Origin: Ylistrum balloti
Lineage: Eukaryota
Assembly: GCF_031769215.1 (NCBI RefSeq)
Contig: NW_026782399.1
Location: 1 to 64,000 of the forward strand
Direction: 5' to 3'
DNA: 64,000 bases
Part shown: piece by piece, positions 46,497-57,038 of the stretch
Layout of the letters: every line of letters begins with the position of its first letter
How positions within the stretch are numbered: the stretch's first letter is position 1
The notes under the pieces: model-generated
Seen by the model: only the letters and a program-made list of their open reading frames with translations
Database searches by the model: none
Told to the model about the DNA's origin: nothing
Program-made: the position numbers and the translations under genes

Positions 46497-49459
46497 ATGA
46501 ATAAAACCAGTAAAATTAACACAACAAACAAAGCTTTAAAAGCTAATCAAATTACTTTCTATTCACCCTCACAATTAATATTACTATTATTGTCTTTTAT
46601 CCTTCTTACATCTTGTTTTAAAAGAATTTACCCTACTTATGAAATAACATTTGATAGTCGAGGCGGTAGCATGATTCTTCCCCAGGAAATCAATTATGGC
46701 GAGACAGTAACTGAACCTTCTAATCCTACACGAGTAAATTATAACTTTGGTGGATGGTACGAAGATGAATCATTGACCACTATTTTTGATTTTGAAAATA
46801 TGATAGTTACTAACGACCTAACTCTTTATGCCAAATGGAATGCAGTTCAATATACCATAACATTTGACAGTCAAGGTGGTAGCACGGTTCCAGCTCAGCA
46901 AGTCAATTATGGCGAGACAGTAATTCAACCTTCTAATCCTACACGAGTAAATTATAACTTTGGTGGATGGTACGAAGATGAATCATTGACCACTGTTTTT
47001 AATTTTGCAAATATGGTAGTTACTAACGACCTAACTCTTTATGCCAAATGGAACGCAGATCAAAACGCAGTTCAATATACCATAACATTTGACAGTCAAG
47101 GTGGAAGCACGGTTCCAGATCAACAAGTCAATTCTGGAGAGACAGTAATTCAACCTTCTAATCCTACACGAACACATTACAACTTTGGTGGATGGTATCA
47201 AGATGAATCATTGACTACTGTTTTTAACTTTGCAAATACAGTAATCACTAGCGATCGAACTTTGTATGCCAAATGGAACAGAATTGAATATACCGTAACA
47301 TTTGATAATCAAGGTGGAAGCACGGTTCCAGATCAACAAGTCAATTCTGGAGAGACAGTAATTCAACCTTCTAATCCTACACGAACACATTACAACTTTG
47401 GTGGATGGTATCAAGATGCATCATTGACTACTGTTTTTAATTTTGCAAATACAGTAATCACTAGTGATCGAACTTTGTATGCCAAATGGAATGCAGTTCA
47501 ATATACCATAACATTTGACAGTCAAGGTGGAAGCACGGTTACAGCGCAACAAGTCAATTCTGGAGAGACAGTAATTCAACCTTCTAATCCTACACGAACA
47601 CATTACAATTTTGGTGGATGGTATCAAGCATCATTGACTACTGTTTTTAATTTTGTAAATACAGTAATCACTAGTGATCGAACTTTGTATGCCAAATGGA
47701 ACAGAATTCAATATGCCGTAACATTTGATAGTCAGGGTGGTAGCACGGTTCCAGATCAACAAGTCAATTCTGGAGAGACAGTAATTCAACCTTCTAATCC
47801 TACACGAACACATTACAACTTTGGTGGATGGTATCAAGATGAATCATTGACCACTGTTTTTAACTTTGCAAATACAGTAATCACTAGTGATCGAACTTTG
47901 TATGCCAAATGGAATGCAGTTCAATATACCATAACATTTGACAGTCAAGGTGGAAGCACGGTTACAGCGCAACAAGTCAATTCTGGAGAGAAAGTAATTC
48001 AACCTTCTAATCCTACACGAACACATTACAACTTTGGTGGATGGTATCAAGATGCATCATTGACTACTGTTTTTAATTTTGTAAATACAGTAATCACTAG
48101 TGATCGAACTTTGTATGCCAAATGGAACAGAATTCAATATGCCGTAACATTTGATAGTCAGGGTGGTAGCACGGTTACAGCGCAACAAGTCAATTCTGGA
48201 GAGAAAGTAACTCAACCTTCTAATCCTACACGAACACATTACAACTTTGGTGGATGGTATCAAGATGAATCATTGACCACTGTTTTTGATTTTATAAATA
48301 CAGTAATCACTAGTGACCAAACTTTATATGCCAAATGGAACATAATAGAATACACCTTCACCTATGGTGCCGTTTTTAAAGACGGGCAAGGTGGTGTGGA
48401 CGGATTGAATCATGCAGAATCTGTTGCCGTTAGTCCAGAGGGGAAAATGTCTATGTGACAGGTTTTAAAGATGATGCCGTGGCAGTGTTTAACAGAAATA
48501 CAACAACTGGTGTACTCACTTATAGCACCGTTTTTAAAGACGGGCAAGGTGGTGTGGACGGATTGGATGGTGTAGATTCTATCACCGTTAGTCCAGATGG
48601 AAACAATGTTTATGTGACAGGTTATTACGATAATACTTTGGTAGTGTTTGACAGAAATAGGACAACTGGGGCACTCACCTATAGCACCTTTTTTGAAGAC
48701 GGACGCTTTGGTGTGAACGGATTAAATGAAGCAGCTTCTGTCATCGTTAGTCCAGATGGGAACAATGTCTATGTGGCAGGTTATAAAGATGATGCCGTGG
48801 CAGTGTTTAACAGAAATACAGCAACTGGGGCACTCGCCTATAGCACCATTTTTAAAGACGGAGTAGATGGTGTGGACGGATTGAATGGAGCTCAATCTGT
48901 CACCGTTAGCTCTGATGGAAAAAATATCTATGTGGCAGGTTATAATGATGATTCCGTAGCAGTGTTTAACAGAAATACGAAAACTGGTGTACTTGCCTAT
49001 AGCACCGTTTTAAAAGACGGGCAAGGTGGTGTGGACGGATTGGATGGAGCTCAATCTGTCACCGTTAGTCCAGATGGGGAAAATGTCTATGTGGCAGGTT
49101 ATCAAGATAATGCCGTGGCAGTGTTTAACAGAAATACGACAACTGGGGCACTCACCTATAGCACCGTTTTTAAAGACGGAGTAAATGGTGTGGACGGATT
49201 AGTTGGTTCAACTTCTGTCATTGTTAGTCCTGGTGGAAACGATGTCTATGTGGCAGGTTATGAAGGTAATGCATTGGCAGTGTTTAACAGAAATACGACA
49301 ACTGGAGCACTCACCTATAGTACCGTTTTTAAAGACGGAGTAAATGGTATGGACGGATTGGCTGGTGCTCGATCTGTTGCCGTTAGTCCTGATGGAAAAA
49401 ATATCTATGTTGCAAGTGAGAATGATAATGCTTTGGCAGTGTTGAACGGTAGCGAGTGA
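46497..49459 (+). pseudogene. Lipoprotein with 8 InlB B-repeats plus 7-bladed propeller, split by a 1-nt deletion at 48439/48440
   Basis: ORFs 46497..48458 and 48455..49459 join if T is restored (CCAGAGGGGAAAAT vs paralog CCAGATGGGGAAAAT); head is nearly identical to that of the 44670 gene. Confidence 0.85.
46645..48350 (+). repeat. Tandem array of eight ~213-bp InlB B-repeat units
   Basis: 213-bp period (210 where a codon is lost near 47625); units 4-5 resemble units 6-7 as a 426-bp higher-order repeat. Confidence 0.9.
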
Positions 49460-49603
49460 AACTAGTGGATAAAATTATATTTGGTCAAAGAAATTCTATA
49501 AAAAATGTTATAATATTTTGGAATATACTCATTAATTAATGTAAAAGTATATAAGTTTAAAATTTATTTTATAGTATTTTTACTACTATAAAAAAGGGAA
49601 AAA

Positions 49604-51130
49604 ATGAATAAAAACAATAATATCATCAAAGCAATTAATCATTTGATAGCTAGCCAAATTAGATTAAATTCGCTAATTAAGTTTACTGGATCACCATTAA
49701 CCTTCTTCTTTGTTTTATGGACTTTTATAATCCTTACATCTTGTGGAAGTGGAATCGTAGAACCTGTTCACACCGTAACATTTAATACCGACGGCGGAAG
49801 TGCAATTGCTTCCCAGCAAGTCAATCACCGCGAGAAGGCTACAATGCCCACCGAGACCCCTACCTTTAGTGGTATGACATTTGAAGGGTGGTACCAAGAT
49901 GCAGCAGTGACCACTGTTTTTAACTTCGAAAATACAGAAATCAGAAGTAGTCTAACTGTGTATGCTAAGTGGAATGGGCATTCTTATTCCACCGTTTTAA
50001 AAAATAGCGAAAATGGGATACCTGATAACCCAAATTATAACCAAGCTAATAGAGCAATTACTGCTACTGCTAGCTCTGATGGAAAAAATGTCTATGTAAT
50101 GAGTAGTATATTGGGACTGGAGGTTTTGGTCGTGTTTAATAGAGATGCGACTACTGGTACACTCACCCATTCCACTAATATCTTTACGGCAGATGTAGGT
50201 GGAGGGACCGAAATGATGGGTGGTAGGGGTATCACCGTAAGTCCTGATGGAAAAAATGTATATGTATCTTTGTTCTCCTCTACTGCTCCTGCACCTGATG
50301 ATGGTGATGGCTTGGTAGTGTTTAACAGGAATACGACAACTGGATCACTCGCCTATAGCACCGTTTTAAAAGACAACAAGAATGGTGTGGATGGATTGGC
50401 TGGTGCATATACTATTACCGTTAGTCCTGATGGGAAAAATGTCTATGTGGCAGGTAGTACAGATGATGCCTTGGCAGTGTTTGACAGAGATACGACAACT
50501 GGGGCACTCACCTATAGCACCAATTTTAAAGACGGAGTAAATGGTGTGGACGGATTGGAAGGGGCAATCTTTATTGCGGTGAGCCCTGATGGGGAAAATG
50601 TCTATGTGGCAGGTTTTGACGATGATGCCTTGGCAGTGTTTAACAGAGATACGACAACTGGTGCACTCGCCTATAACGCCGTTTTTAAAGACAATCAAGG
50701 TGAAGTGGACGGATTGAATGAAGCATTTTCTGTCACCGTTAGTCCAGATGGGAAAAATGTCTATGTGGCAGGTTTTGAAGATGATGCCTTGGCAGTGTTT
50801 AACAGAGATACAGAAACTGGTGCACTTACCTATAGTAACGTTTTTAAAAACGGTACTAACGGGGTGGACGGATTGAATGGAGCATTTTCTGTCACCGTTA
50901 GTCCAGATGGGAAAAATGTTTATGTGGCAAGTGATGCAGATAATGCCTTAGTTGTGTTTAAAAGAAATACGACAACTGGTGCACTTACCTATAGTACCGT
51001 TTTTAAAGACGGAGTAAATGGTGTGGACGGATTGAAAGAAGCCCAATTTGTCACCCTTAGCCCCAATGGAAAAAGTATCTATGTGGGAGGTAGAGGAGAT
51101 GGTATTCTGGCAGTGTTTCACAGGAGGTAG
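49604..51130 (+). CDS. Lipoprotein with 1 InlB B-repeat plus 7-bladed propeller (blades 1-2 divergent, with loop insertions)
   Basis: LTS-C lipobox; FNTDGGS...FEGWY...YAKW; five consensus-like blades and two expanded ones. Confidence 0.85.
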   Translation: MNKNNNIIKAINHLIASQIRLNSLIKFTGSPLTFFFVLWTFIILTSCGSGIVEPVHTVTFNTDGGSAIASQQVNHREKATMPTETPTFSGMTFEGWYQDAAVTTVFNFENTEIRSSLTVYAKWNGHSYSTVLKNSENGIPDNPNYNQANRAITATASSDGKNVYVMSSILGLEVLVVFNRDATTGTLTHSTNIFTADVGGGTEMMGGRGITVSPDGKNVYVSLFSSTAPAPDDGDGLVVFNRNTTTGSLAYSTVLKDNKNGVDGLAGAYTITVSPDGKNVYVAGSTDDALAVFDRDTTTGALTYSTNFKDGVNGVDGLEGAIFIAVSPDGENVYVAGFDDDALAVFNRDTTTGALAYNAVFKDNQGEVDGLNEAFSVTVSPDGKNVYVAGFEDDALAVFNRDTETGALTYSNVFKNGTNGVDGLNGAFSVTVSPDGKNVYVASDADNALVVFKRNTTTGALTYSTVFKDGVNGVDGLKEAQFVTLSPNGKSIYVGGRGDGILAVFHRR

Positions 51131-51166
51131 TGAAACTAGTGGATAAAATTAATTTGGTTAAAGAAA

Positions 51167-51283
51167 ATGAATAAAAACAATAAGGTTAACACAATAAACA
51201 AAGCTTTAGAAGCTAATCAAATTAGTTCAATGATTTATCAAACTAGTTCCACTTCATACTATTACCCTTCTTCTTTGTTTTAA
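51167..51283 (+). pseudogene. Leader-only remnant of another paralog
   Basis: MNKNNKVNTINKALEANQI matches paralog leaders; downstream CCTTCTTCTTTGTTTTA matches the 49604 H-region but out of frame. Confidence 0.7.
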
Positions 51284-51616
51284 ATAAAATATATTTTGGG
51301 ATATATTTTTCAATAAAAAGCTTTACACTGCTTCCAATACTCTTTCATATTGTAAGCAGTTTTATTTATTCCTTTCTCCTCAAACGAGTTTCTTTTTGTC
51401 TTCTTAATTTAAAAAAATAAATAAGAATTAATAGGAACTAAAATTTACGGAAGCTTTGCTAAAAAAATTCAATCCATTTAATTTTTGATTGGCTGACTTC
51501 TTCATTGCGAATAAGATTAATTGAATTAACACCAAGGACTATTACAAGTCTTTTAATAAATATTATATAATTAGAAAACTACAAAAATAGCTACAGGCTT
51601 ATAATATTAAAATCAA

Positions 51617-53623
51617 ATGAGATTTTTTTCAACAGGACTCCTCCTTTTTAGTTTACAATTTTTTACACTATTCCTACAAGCTGAAACATTTATTTCGCCA
51701 TCTCAACTTAAAAGAGGAGATTTTTTAACTGGCAAAACTCGGATTGACGGCAATGAGATGCATGAATTCTCTCTTGAAATCATTGCCATTCAACACAGAG
51801 GACGAGAAGAATATAATATTTTTGCCACCGTTAAAAGCGATTTCCTCAATGAAACAGGTGTCGCTGCAGGAATGAGTGGTTCTCCCGTCTATTTCAAGGG
51901 TCAATTAGTCGGTGCAGTAGCATCAACTTTTTCTTTCCTTAAAAAACCGATTGCAGGAATCACGCCAATTAAAAGTATGCTCAAGGTCTTTAATCATGTA
52001 GGGAAAGAACCCCCTGATATTGCCTCCATTTCAGACTTATCATTTGACCAATCTTTATTTGTTAAAATGGGTTTCTCTATTGACCCTAATGATCCATCAT
52101 TGGCTTCCATGAACCATTTATTTGAAATTCTATCAAAACGTTATTCTCCCACTATGATGCAGTCCGCAATTACTTTTGAAGCCTTTTTGAGATTTTTATC
52201 TCAACCACCTAGGTCTTCGATCTTAAACATTGAAAAAAAGGAGTTTTATAGCGAGGATGATGGCCAAAATAATCTTGAAGGCTTGGTTTCCCGACCAATT
52301 TCTCAGCCTTTTACTTTTTCTACCCCTTTCCCTATAAGCATTGGGGGTCTTGGTCACTTAAAAGACATCCTTGGTTTTAAGCATGCCACCTTTATTCCAG
52401 GAGGGGGTGCACCTTCACTTAAGAACAGCTCGAAGAAAAACTCATCAGCCGATGCATTTTTAGAAACGGACAAGCTTGAACCGGGAGACTACATTGGAAT
52501 TAATCTTGTGAGAGGGGATATTAACCTTTCGAGTTTTGGAACAGTGACTTATGTGAGCAACCATTCCATTCTTGCTTTTGGTCATTCGATGAGTGGCATT
52601 GGAGCAGTGGAACTTCCTCTCTACAAAGCAAAGGTAGAGACCTTTATTCCTCTTCAAGTTGTGTCTTTTAAGTTAGGTAGTTTAGAAAAAGAAATCGGTA
52701 GTTTGGTGCAAGACCGTCAGGCTGCCGTATCAGGTGTCATAGGAAAAATGGCAGAATATGTTCCCGTTAGATTAGATTTAAAAAGCCCTATTCAAAATGA
52801 AAGCTATCGTTTTGAAGTTGCTCAAAACTTAAACTTTTTTGGTCAATTAGTATCTTTTTTATTAATCAATGTTTTTAGTTACTTTGAAAATACTGGGACT
52901 TTCGGTAGTTTTGAATATCGACTGCAAATCGATACAGATCTTCATTCCGATTCTTCTTCAAGAAGCATTGTTTTTTCTAATCGGATCAATGCTATGAACA
53001 CAATAGGCAAGTTGTTTGGAACAATGTTTTTAATCGATCAAATCGACAGAGAAATTAGAAATAATCGCTTTTTAAAGACGAAAATTACCAATATTCACCT
53101 GTCCTTGGAAACGAGTCCTGAAGTTAATTTTCAATGGGTTGAGTCCGTCAAAAAGAAAAAACAATTCTACAAACCTGGGGAAGTCGTCCAATTTCAGGTG
53201 GAATTCAATCAGTTTAGGAAACCAAATCGTATTGAGGAATTCTCCTTTACTTTACCAAAAAATTTATCTGAAGGACAGCACTATATCATTGTGAGTTCTG
53301 AATTCGATCGATGGCTCTTTAATTTATTTAATTATTACCGTGCAAAAAAAAATTTAACCCTCAATGAAAAGTTTGAATTTTACGAAAAAATCCCTCGTGA
53401 TAACTTGCTTAACATTTGGATGGTACAAGAAGAACCATCCTTTGTATTTGATCAAGAAGTTTATCATCGCTTGCCAGCAAACCCCAAAAACTTATTGTGG
53501 AATTCCTTCCAATCAAGTAAAGGTACTTTCAATCGAGTGATCCACCAAGCGATTCCTCGATCCGGCTTTGTCAGAGGATCTGCTGTATTGGATATTCAAG
53601 TAAGAAAAAAATTAAAAGACTAA
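51617..53623 (+). CDS. Secreted SpoIVB/S55-like serine protease, apparently circularly permuted
   Basis: Signal peptide ending LQA; GVAAGMSGSPVY (Ser87) near the N-terminus; GTVTY...LAFGH (His323) later. Confidence 0.75.
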   Translation: MRFFSTGLLLFSLQFFTLFLQAETFISPSQLKRGDFLTGKTRIDGNEMHEFSLEIIAIQHRGREEYNIFATVKSDFLNETGVAAGMSGSPVYFKGQLVGAVASTFSFLKKPIAGITPIKSMLKVFNHVGKEPPDIASISDLSFDQSLFVKMGFSIDPNDPSLASMNHLFEILSKRYSPTMMQSAITFEAFLRFLSQPPRSSILNIEKKEFYSEDDGQNNLEGLVSRPISQPFTFSTPFPISIGGLGHLKDILGFKHATFIPGGGAPSLKNSSKKNSSADAFLETDKLEPGDYIGINLVRGDINLSSFGTVTYVSNHSILAFGHSMSGIGAVELPLYKAKVETFIPLQVVSFKLGSLEKEIGSLVQDRQAAVSGVIGKMAEYVPVRLDLKSPIQNESYRFEVAQNLNFFGQLVSFLLINVFSYFENTGTFGSFEYRLQIDTDLHSDSSSRSIVFSNRINAMNTIGKLFGTMFLIDQIDREIRNNRFLKTKITNIHLSLETSPEVNFQWVESVKKKKQFYKPGEVVQFQVEFNQFRKPNRIEEFSFTLPKNLSEGQHYIIVSSEFDRWLFNLFNYYRAKKNLTLNEKFEFYEKIPRDNLLNIWMVQEEPSFVFDQEVYHRLPANPKNLLWNSFQSSKGTFNRVIHQAIPRSGFVRGSAVLDIQVRKKLKD

Positions 53624-53658
53624 CATAAAATAAGTAATATAAAAAATTATTAACTCAC

Positions 53659-56028
53659 ATGCAATACTCAAACCAAGAACGAAAACCATTATCTTTTTTT
53701 AGAATGATTTTTTTATTATTCTTGACAACCATTTTATTCTCTCTATCTTTTTTATGGTCTGAGAAAACACAATCAGTTACTATTAACGGTGCGGATTGGA
53801 TGGATCAATCCAAGTTCGAAAATGCCTTTATTAATCAACTTGAAAATTTACAACTCTCTTATGAGGTGAAAAAAATCATTTCCTTAAATGAAATGAATAC
53901 TGATAAGTCCAATTCCACCACTCCAGTAAATGAAGAAGGTGAAATCTACGAGTTGTCTCAGTCGCCATCAGTTATTTGGGATGTTTATAAAGACCGCGAA
54001 GGCATTATCATCGCCACAGGTAGCAAAGGTAATCTTTTTTTCTTTGACAACAATAATCGCTTTCAAAAAAGCCTCTCCCTTCCAGCATCTGAAATTACTT
54101 GCTTGGTCAAAGATTCCAAAGGCAACCTATATGTTGGGAGTGGGGTAGAAGGAAAGATTTTTCGGATTAATAAGCGACATGAAGTGGAAGAATGGTTCAA
54201 CACAGAGGAACAGTTCGTTTGGAAATTACGAATTATTGGGAATAACCTTTGGGCTACCACAGGAGGAGAATCAGGTAAAGTCTTTAAAATTCCTTTGTCA
54301 TTTAAAAGCAATAAAGACAGTTCTAATAAACCCGATCCCATTGTTAAAGTCAATGAGCCGAATATTATGAATATTGAATTTCAAGGACAAGATTTTTGGA
54401 TTAGTACTTCTTCGCCTGGAAAACTTTATAAAGTCAATATTGAAGCTGGATCTAAAAAAAGTAAATTAGAAGTGATCTTTGATGCGGGAGAAAAAGACAT
54501 TGCCGACTTCACTTTTATTGATGAAGAAATTTTTCTTCTTACTTCAGGGCAAGAGATTACCTCTTTACAAGAATCCCCTCTGCATAATGGTGGGGAAAGT
54601 GTTGCTGATGAAAATCAATTGTCTTCCGAAGATCTATATCCAGAAAGTAATGGTGCGGAAGGTGGTTTTGCGAATTTTGAAGGATCATTTCCCGTGGATA
54701 AAGGTCCTTCTTATCCAAAGAATTACTTGGTTAAAATCGATAAAAACTATCAAACAACTTTCATCTATCACTTTGCCAAGAAAAATCCGGTTAAAGTAAA
54801 CTATAAAAAAAAGGATAAGAAGCTTGTCATCGGTATCTTAGAAAATTCTGAGATTTATCAAATCCCGATCAATAATCTTAATACGGTAGAAAAGATTTTT
54901 TCTAAGGAATCGGCTAGTCTATCCAGTTTTTTTTTAAGTGGGGACAATCTTTTTTTTACAATAGCGAATCTTGGAGAAATTTATCAGATGAATTCTACTT
55001 TTGTAGAAAAAGGTCGATATGAAAGCAAGGTTTTCGATTTCAAGGAAAATGCTAATTGGGGCAGGGTGGTCTACGAAAACTACTCCAAAAACAACGATAT
55101 CAAAATCTATTCACGAACGGGTAATACGCAGAATCCAGAAGAGTATTGGAGTGAGTGGCAAGAGGTGAAAGAGAAAATCGACAGTCGATCGGCGAGATTC
55201 CTTCAATTGGCAGTTGAGATGAGAAGGAGGCGGGATAGTAGCCCACAAATTCACGAAGTGAAGTTTTTCTATGGGGTTCCAAACAAGCCGCATCGTATCT
55301 TGTCTCTTAAAATCTTCAAACAAAACCCCTTGATGCCCTTACCTCTTGAAACCTTCAATCAAAGCGGTGAAGGTGTTTTAGAGGTTTTTGACATTGATAA
55401 GTCGCTTAACACAACCTTCTCAACAACGGGAGACAGTTTAATTTCTTCCTTAAAAATAGATGGATCTCCCGAAGCTCTTCTCAATCAAGTTGGAAAGAAA
55501 AATTTTGTAATGAACTGGGAAGTAGAAAATCCTGATATGGATACCCTCACCTATCAAATTTATTATCGCATCAAAAAGAAGTCTAAGTCTTCTTCTTCGC
55601 AGTTTTCTCAGTGGAAAGTTTTTAGGGGAAATTATCTAAATAATTTAATCCTTCTAGATGGTTATAAATTCATTGATGGAATTTATCAGTTTAAACTTGT
55701 TGCTGAAGATAATCTCAACAATGAAATAGGAAAATCTTATAAGCATGAGGCTCTTTCCGCCTTCCATGTCTTTGATAACAAGCCACCTCATGTTAATAAT
55801 CTCAAATTGACATCAAGCTCCATTTCATTTAAGGCAACAGACAATCTTTCATCCATCCAGTCCGTTAAATACACTGACGATAAAAAAACCGTTTACCTAA
55901 TCAATCCAGTTGATGGAGTGTTTGACGGACTTACGGAGGAATTTTTTTTTAAAAGCTCGGCAGATGAAATTGTCTTAATCATTACGGATGCATCTAACAA
56001 TATTTTGTATCACAGCATAGAGAGATAG
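53659..56028 (+). CDS. Exported beta-propeller protein with C-terminal Ig/Fn3-like region
   Basis: N-terminal hydrophobic segment; WD/NHL-like repeats (IATGSKG, YVGSGVEG, WATTGG); C-terminal NWEVENPDMD.L.Y and DGIYQFKL.AED. Confidence 0.6.
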   Translation: MQYSNQERKPLSFFRMIFLLFLTTILFSLSFLWSEKTQSVTINGADWMDQSKFENAFINQLENLQLSYEVKKIISLNEMNTDKSNSTTPVNEEGEIYELSQSPSVIWDVYKDREGIIIATGSKGNLFFFDNNNRFQKSLSLPASEITCLVKDSKGNLYVGSGVEGKIFRINKRHEVEEWFNTEEQFVWKLRIIGNNLWATTGGESGKVFKIPLSFKSNKDSSNKPDPIVKVNEPNIMNIEFQGQDFWISTSSPGKLYKVNIEAGSKKSKLEVIFDAGEKDIADFTFIDEEIFLLTSGQEITSLQESPLHNGGESVADENQLSSEDLYPESNGAEGGFANFEGSFPVDKGPSYPKNYLVKIDKNYQTTFIYHFAKKNPVKVNYKKKDKKLVIGILENSEIYQIPINNLNTVEKIFSKESASLSSFFLSGDNLFFTIANLGEIYQMNSTFVEKGRYESKVFDFKENANWGRVVYENYSKNNDIKIYSRTGNTQNPEEYWSEWQEVKEKIDSRSARFLQLAVEMRRRRDSSPQIHEVKFFYGVPNKPHRILSLKIFKQNPLMPLPLETFNQSGEGVLEVFDIDKSLNTTFSTTGDSLISSLKIDGSPEALLNQVGKKNFVMNWEVENPDMDTLTYQIYYRIKKKSKSSSSQFSQWKVFRGNYLNNLILLDGYKFIDGIYQFKLVAEDNLNNEIGKSYKHEALSAFHVFDNKPPHVNNLKLTSSSISFKATDNLSSIQSVKYTDDKKTVYLINPVDGVFDGLTEEFFFKSSADEIVLIITDASNNILYHSIER

Positions 56029-56030
56029 AA

Positions 56031-57038
56031 GTGTATCCAGAATGTCGTTTATCGACCAATTTTGAAAAAGTACTTCCCATCATATCACTGGAAAAAAAAT
56101 ATCAATTGATGGAAAAGCAAGCTTATCAAGAAATTCTTCTGCAACAGGAATATGCTGATCTTCTCAATCAAATTTCCAACTTCAAGCAATTGACTCAACT
56201 TTTAAACCCTGTTTGTTTTGATCATACAGAAAATCCAATCCGATTTTCGTTTAAAGAAGACAAGATTGTCGATAAAGCAGAAATAGAAAAATTTCAGCAA
56301 AACAAAAGTCAATTGATTGAGGATCTCATTCCGTGGAGGAAAGGACCAATTGATTTTTTTTCGACACTCATTAATTCAGAATGGGATTCCTCCATCAAGT
56401 GGGATCGCCTTCGCGAAATCCTTGACATCAAAGACAAAGTGGTCTGTGACCTTGGATGCAACAATGGTTATTTCATGTTAAGACTACTCTCGCTATCTCC
56501 TTCATTAATTGTAGGGATGGATCCAGTTTCCAAATATTTTCTACAATATACCTTTTTAACTTCCTTGTTGTCCTCCTCCATTCTTAGTCGTCTTTCATTT
56601 CTTCTTATGGGGTTCTCCTGTCTCCATTATTTTAAAGCGAGTTTTGACTGGATACTTTGTTTGGGTATTCTCTATCACCATCCCAATCCTATTGAAATCC
56701 TACAACTTATAAGAAATAGTTTGAAGCCAGGCGGAAAGGTCGTGATTGATTGTCAAGGAATTGCTGAAGATGGGAATGTTTGTTTATTTCCTGAGAAGAC
56801 CTATACTGGCAAGAAGGGTTTTTGGTTTCTTCCCACACCGACTGCTCTTGTCAACTGGATGAAGCGGACTAATTTTAGTCACATTGAAATCCTTGCACAA
56901 GAGCCTATCCTTCCAGAAGAGCAACGCAGAACCGTTCATTCTCCAATCGACAGTTTAAAAGAAGGGCTGGCTGAAGACGGTCAAACCACAGAAGGTTATC
57001 CGCCACCCATTCGCATTTATCTATTGGCTCAAAAATGA
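56031..57038 (+). CDS. cmoB: tRNA U34 carboxymethyltransferase CmoB
   Basis: LIPWRKGP, INSEW.S..KW, DLGCNNGY, GILYH. Confidence 0.9.
   Translation: MYPECRLSTNFEKVLPIISLEKKYQLMEKQAYQEILLQQEYADLLNQISNFKQLTQLLNPVCFDHTENPIRFSFKEDKIVDKAEIEKFQQNKSQLIEDLIPWRKGPIDFFSTLINSEWDSSIKWDRLREILDIKDKVVCDLGCNNGYFMLRLLSLSPSLIVGMDPVSKYFLQYTFLTSLLSSSILSRLSFLLMGFSCLHYFKASFDWILCLGILYHHPNPIEILQLIRNSLKPGGKVVIDCQGIAEDGNVCLFPEKTYTGKKGFWFLPTPTALVNWMKRTNFSHIEILAQEPILPEEQRRTVHSPIDSLKEGLAEDGQTTEGYPPPIRIYLLAQK

Noticed and set aside
48438-48447. Programmed -1 ribosomal frameshift at G GGG AAA
   Set aside because: Does not fit X XXY YYZ tandem slippage, and I saw no downstream stimulatory structure; a simple deletion relative to paralogs explains it.
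4929-51130. Diversity-generating retroelement as the cause of blade variation
   Set aside because: Many HV1 codons are NNT (AAT, GAT, TAT, GGT, TTT, GCT), which recalls adenine mutagenesis. But pairwise differences also hit C, G and T, swaps are block-like, and no reverse transcriptase, avd or template repeat is in the window. A trans-acting DGR elsewhere is not excluded.
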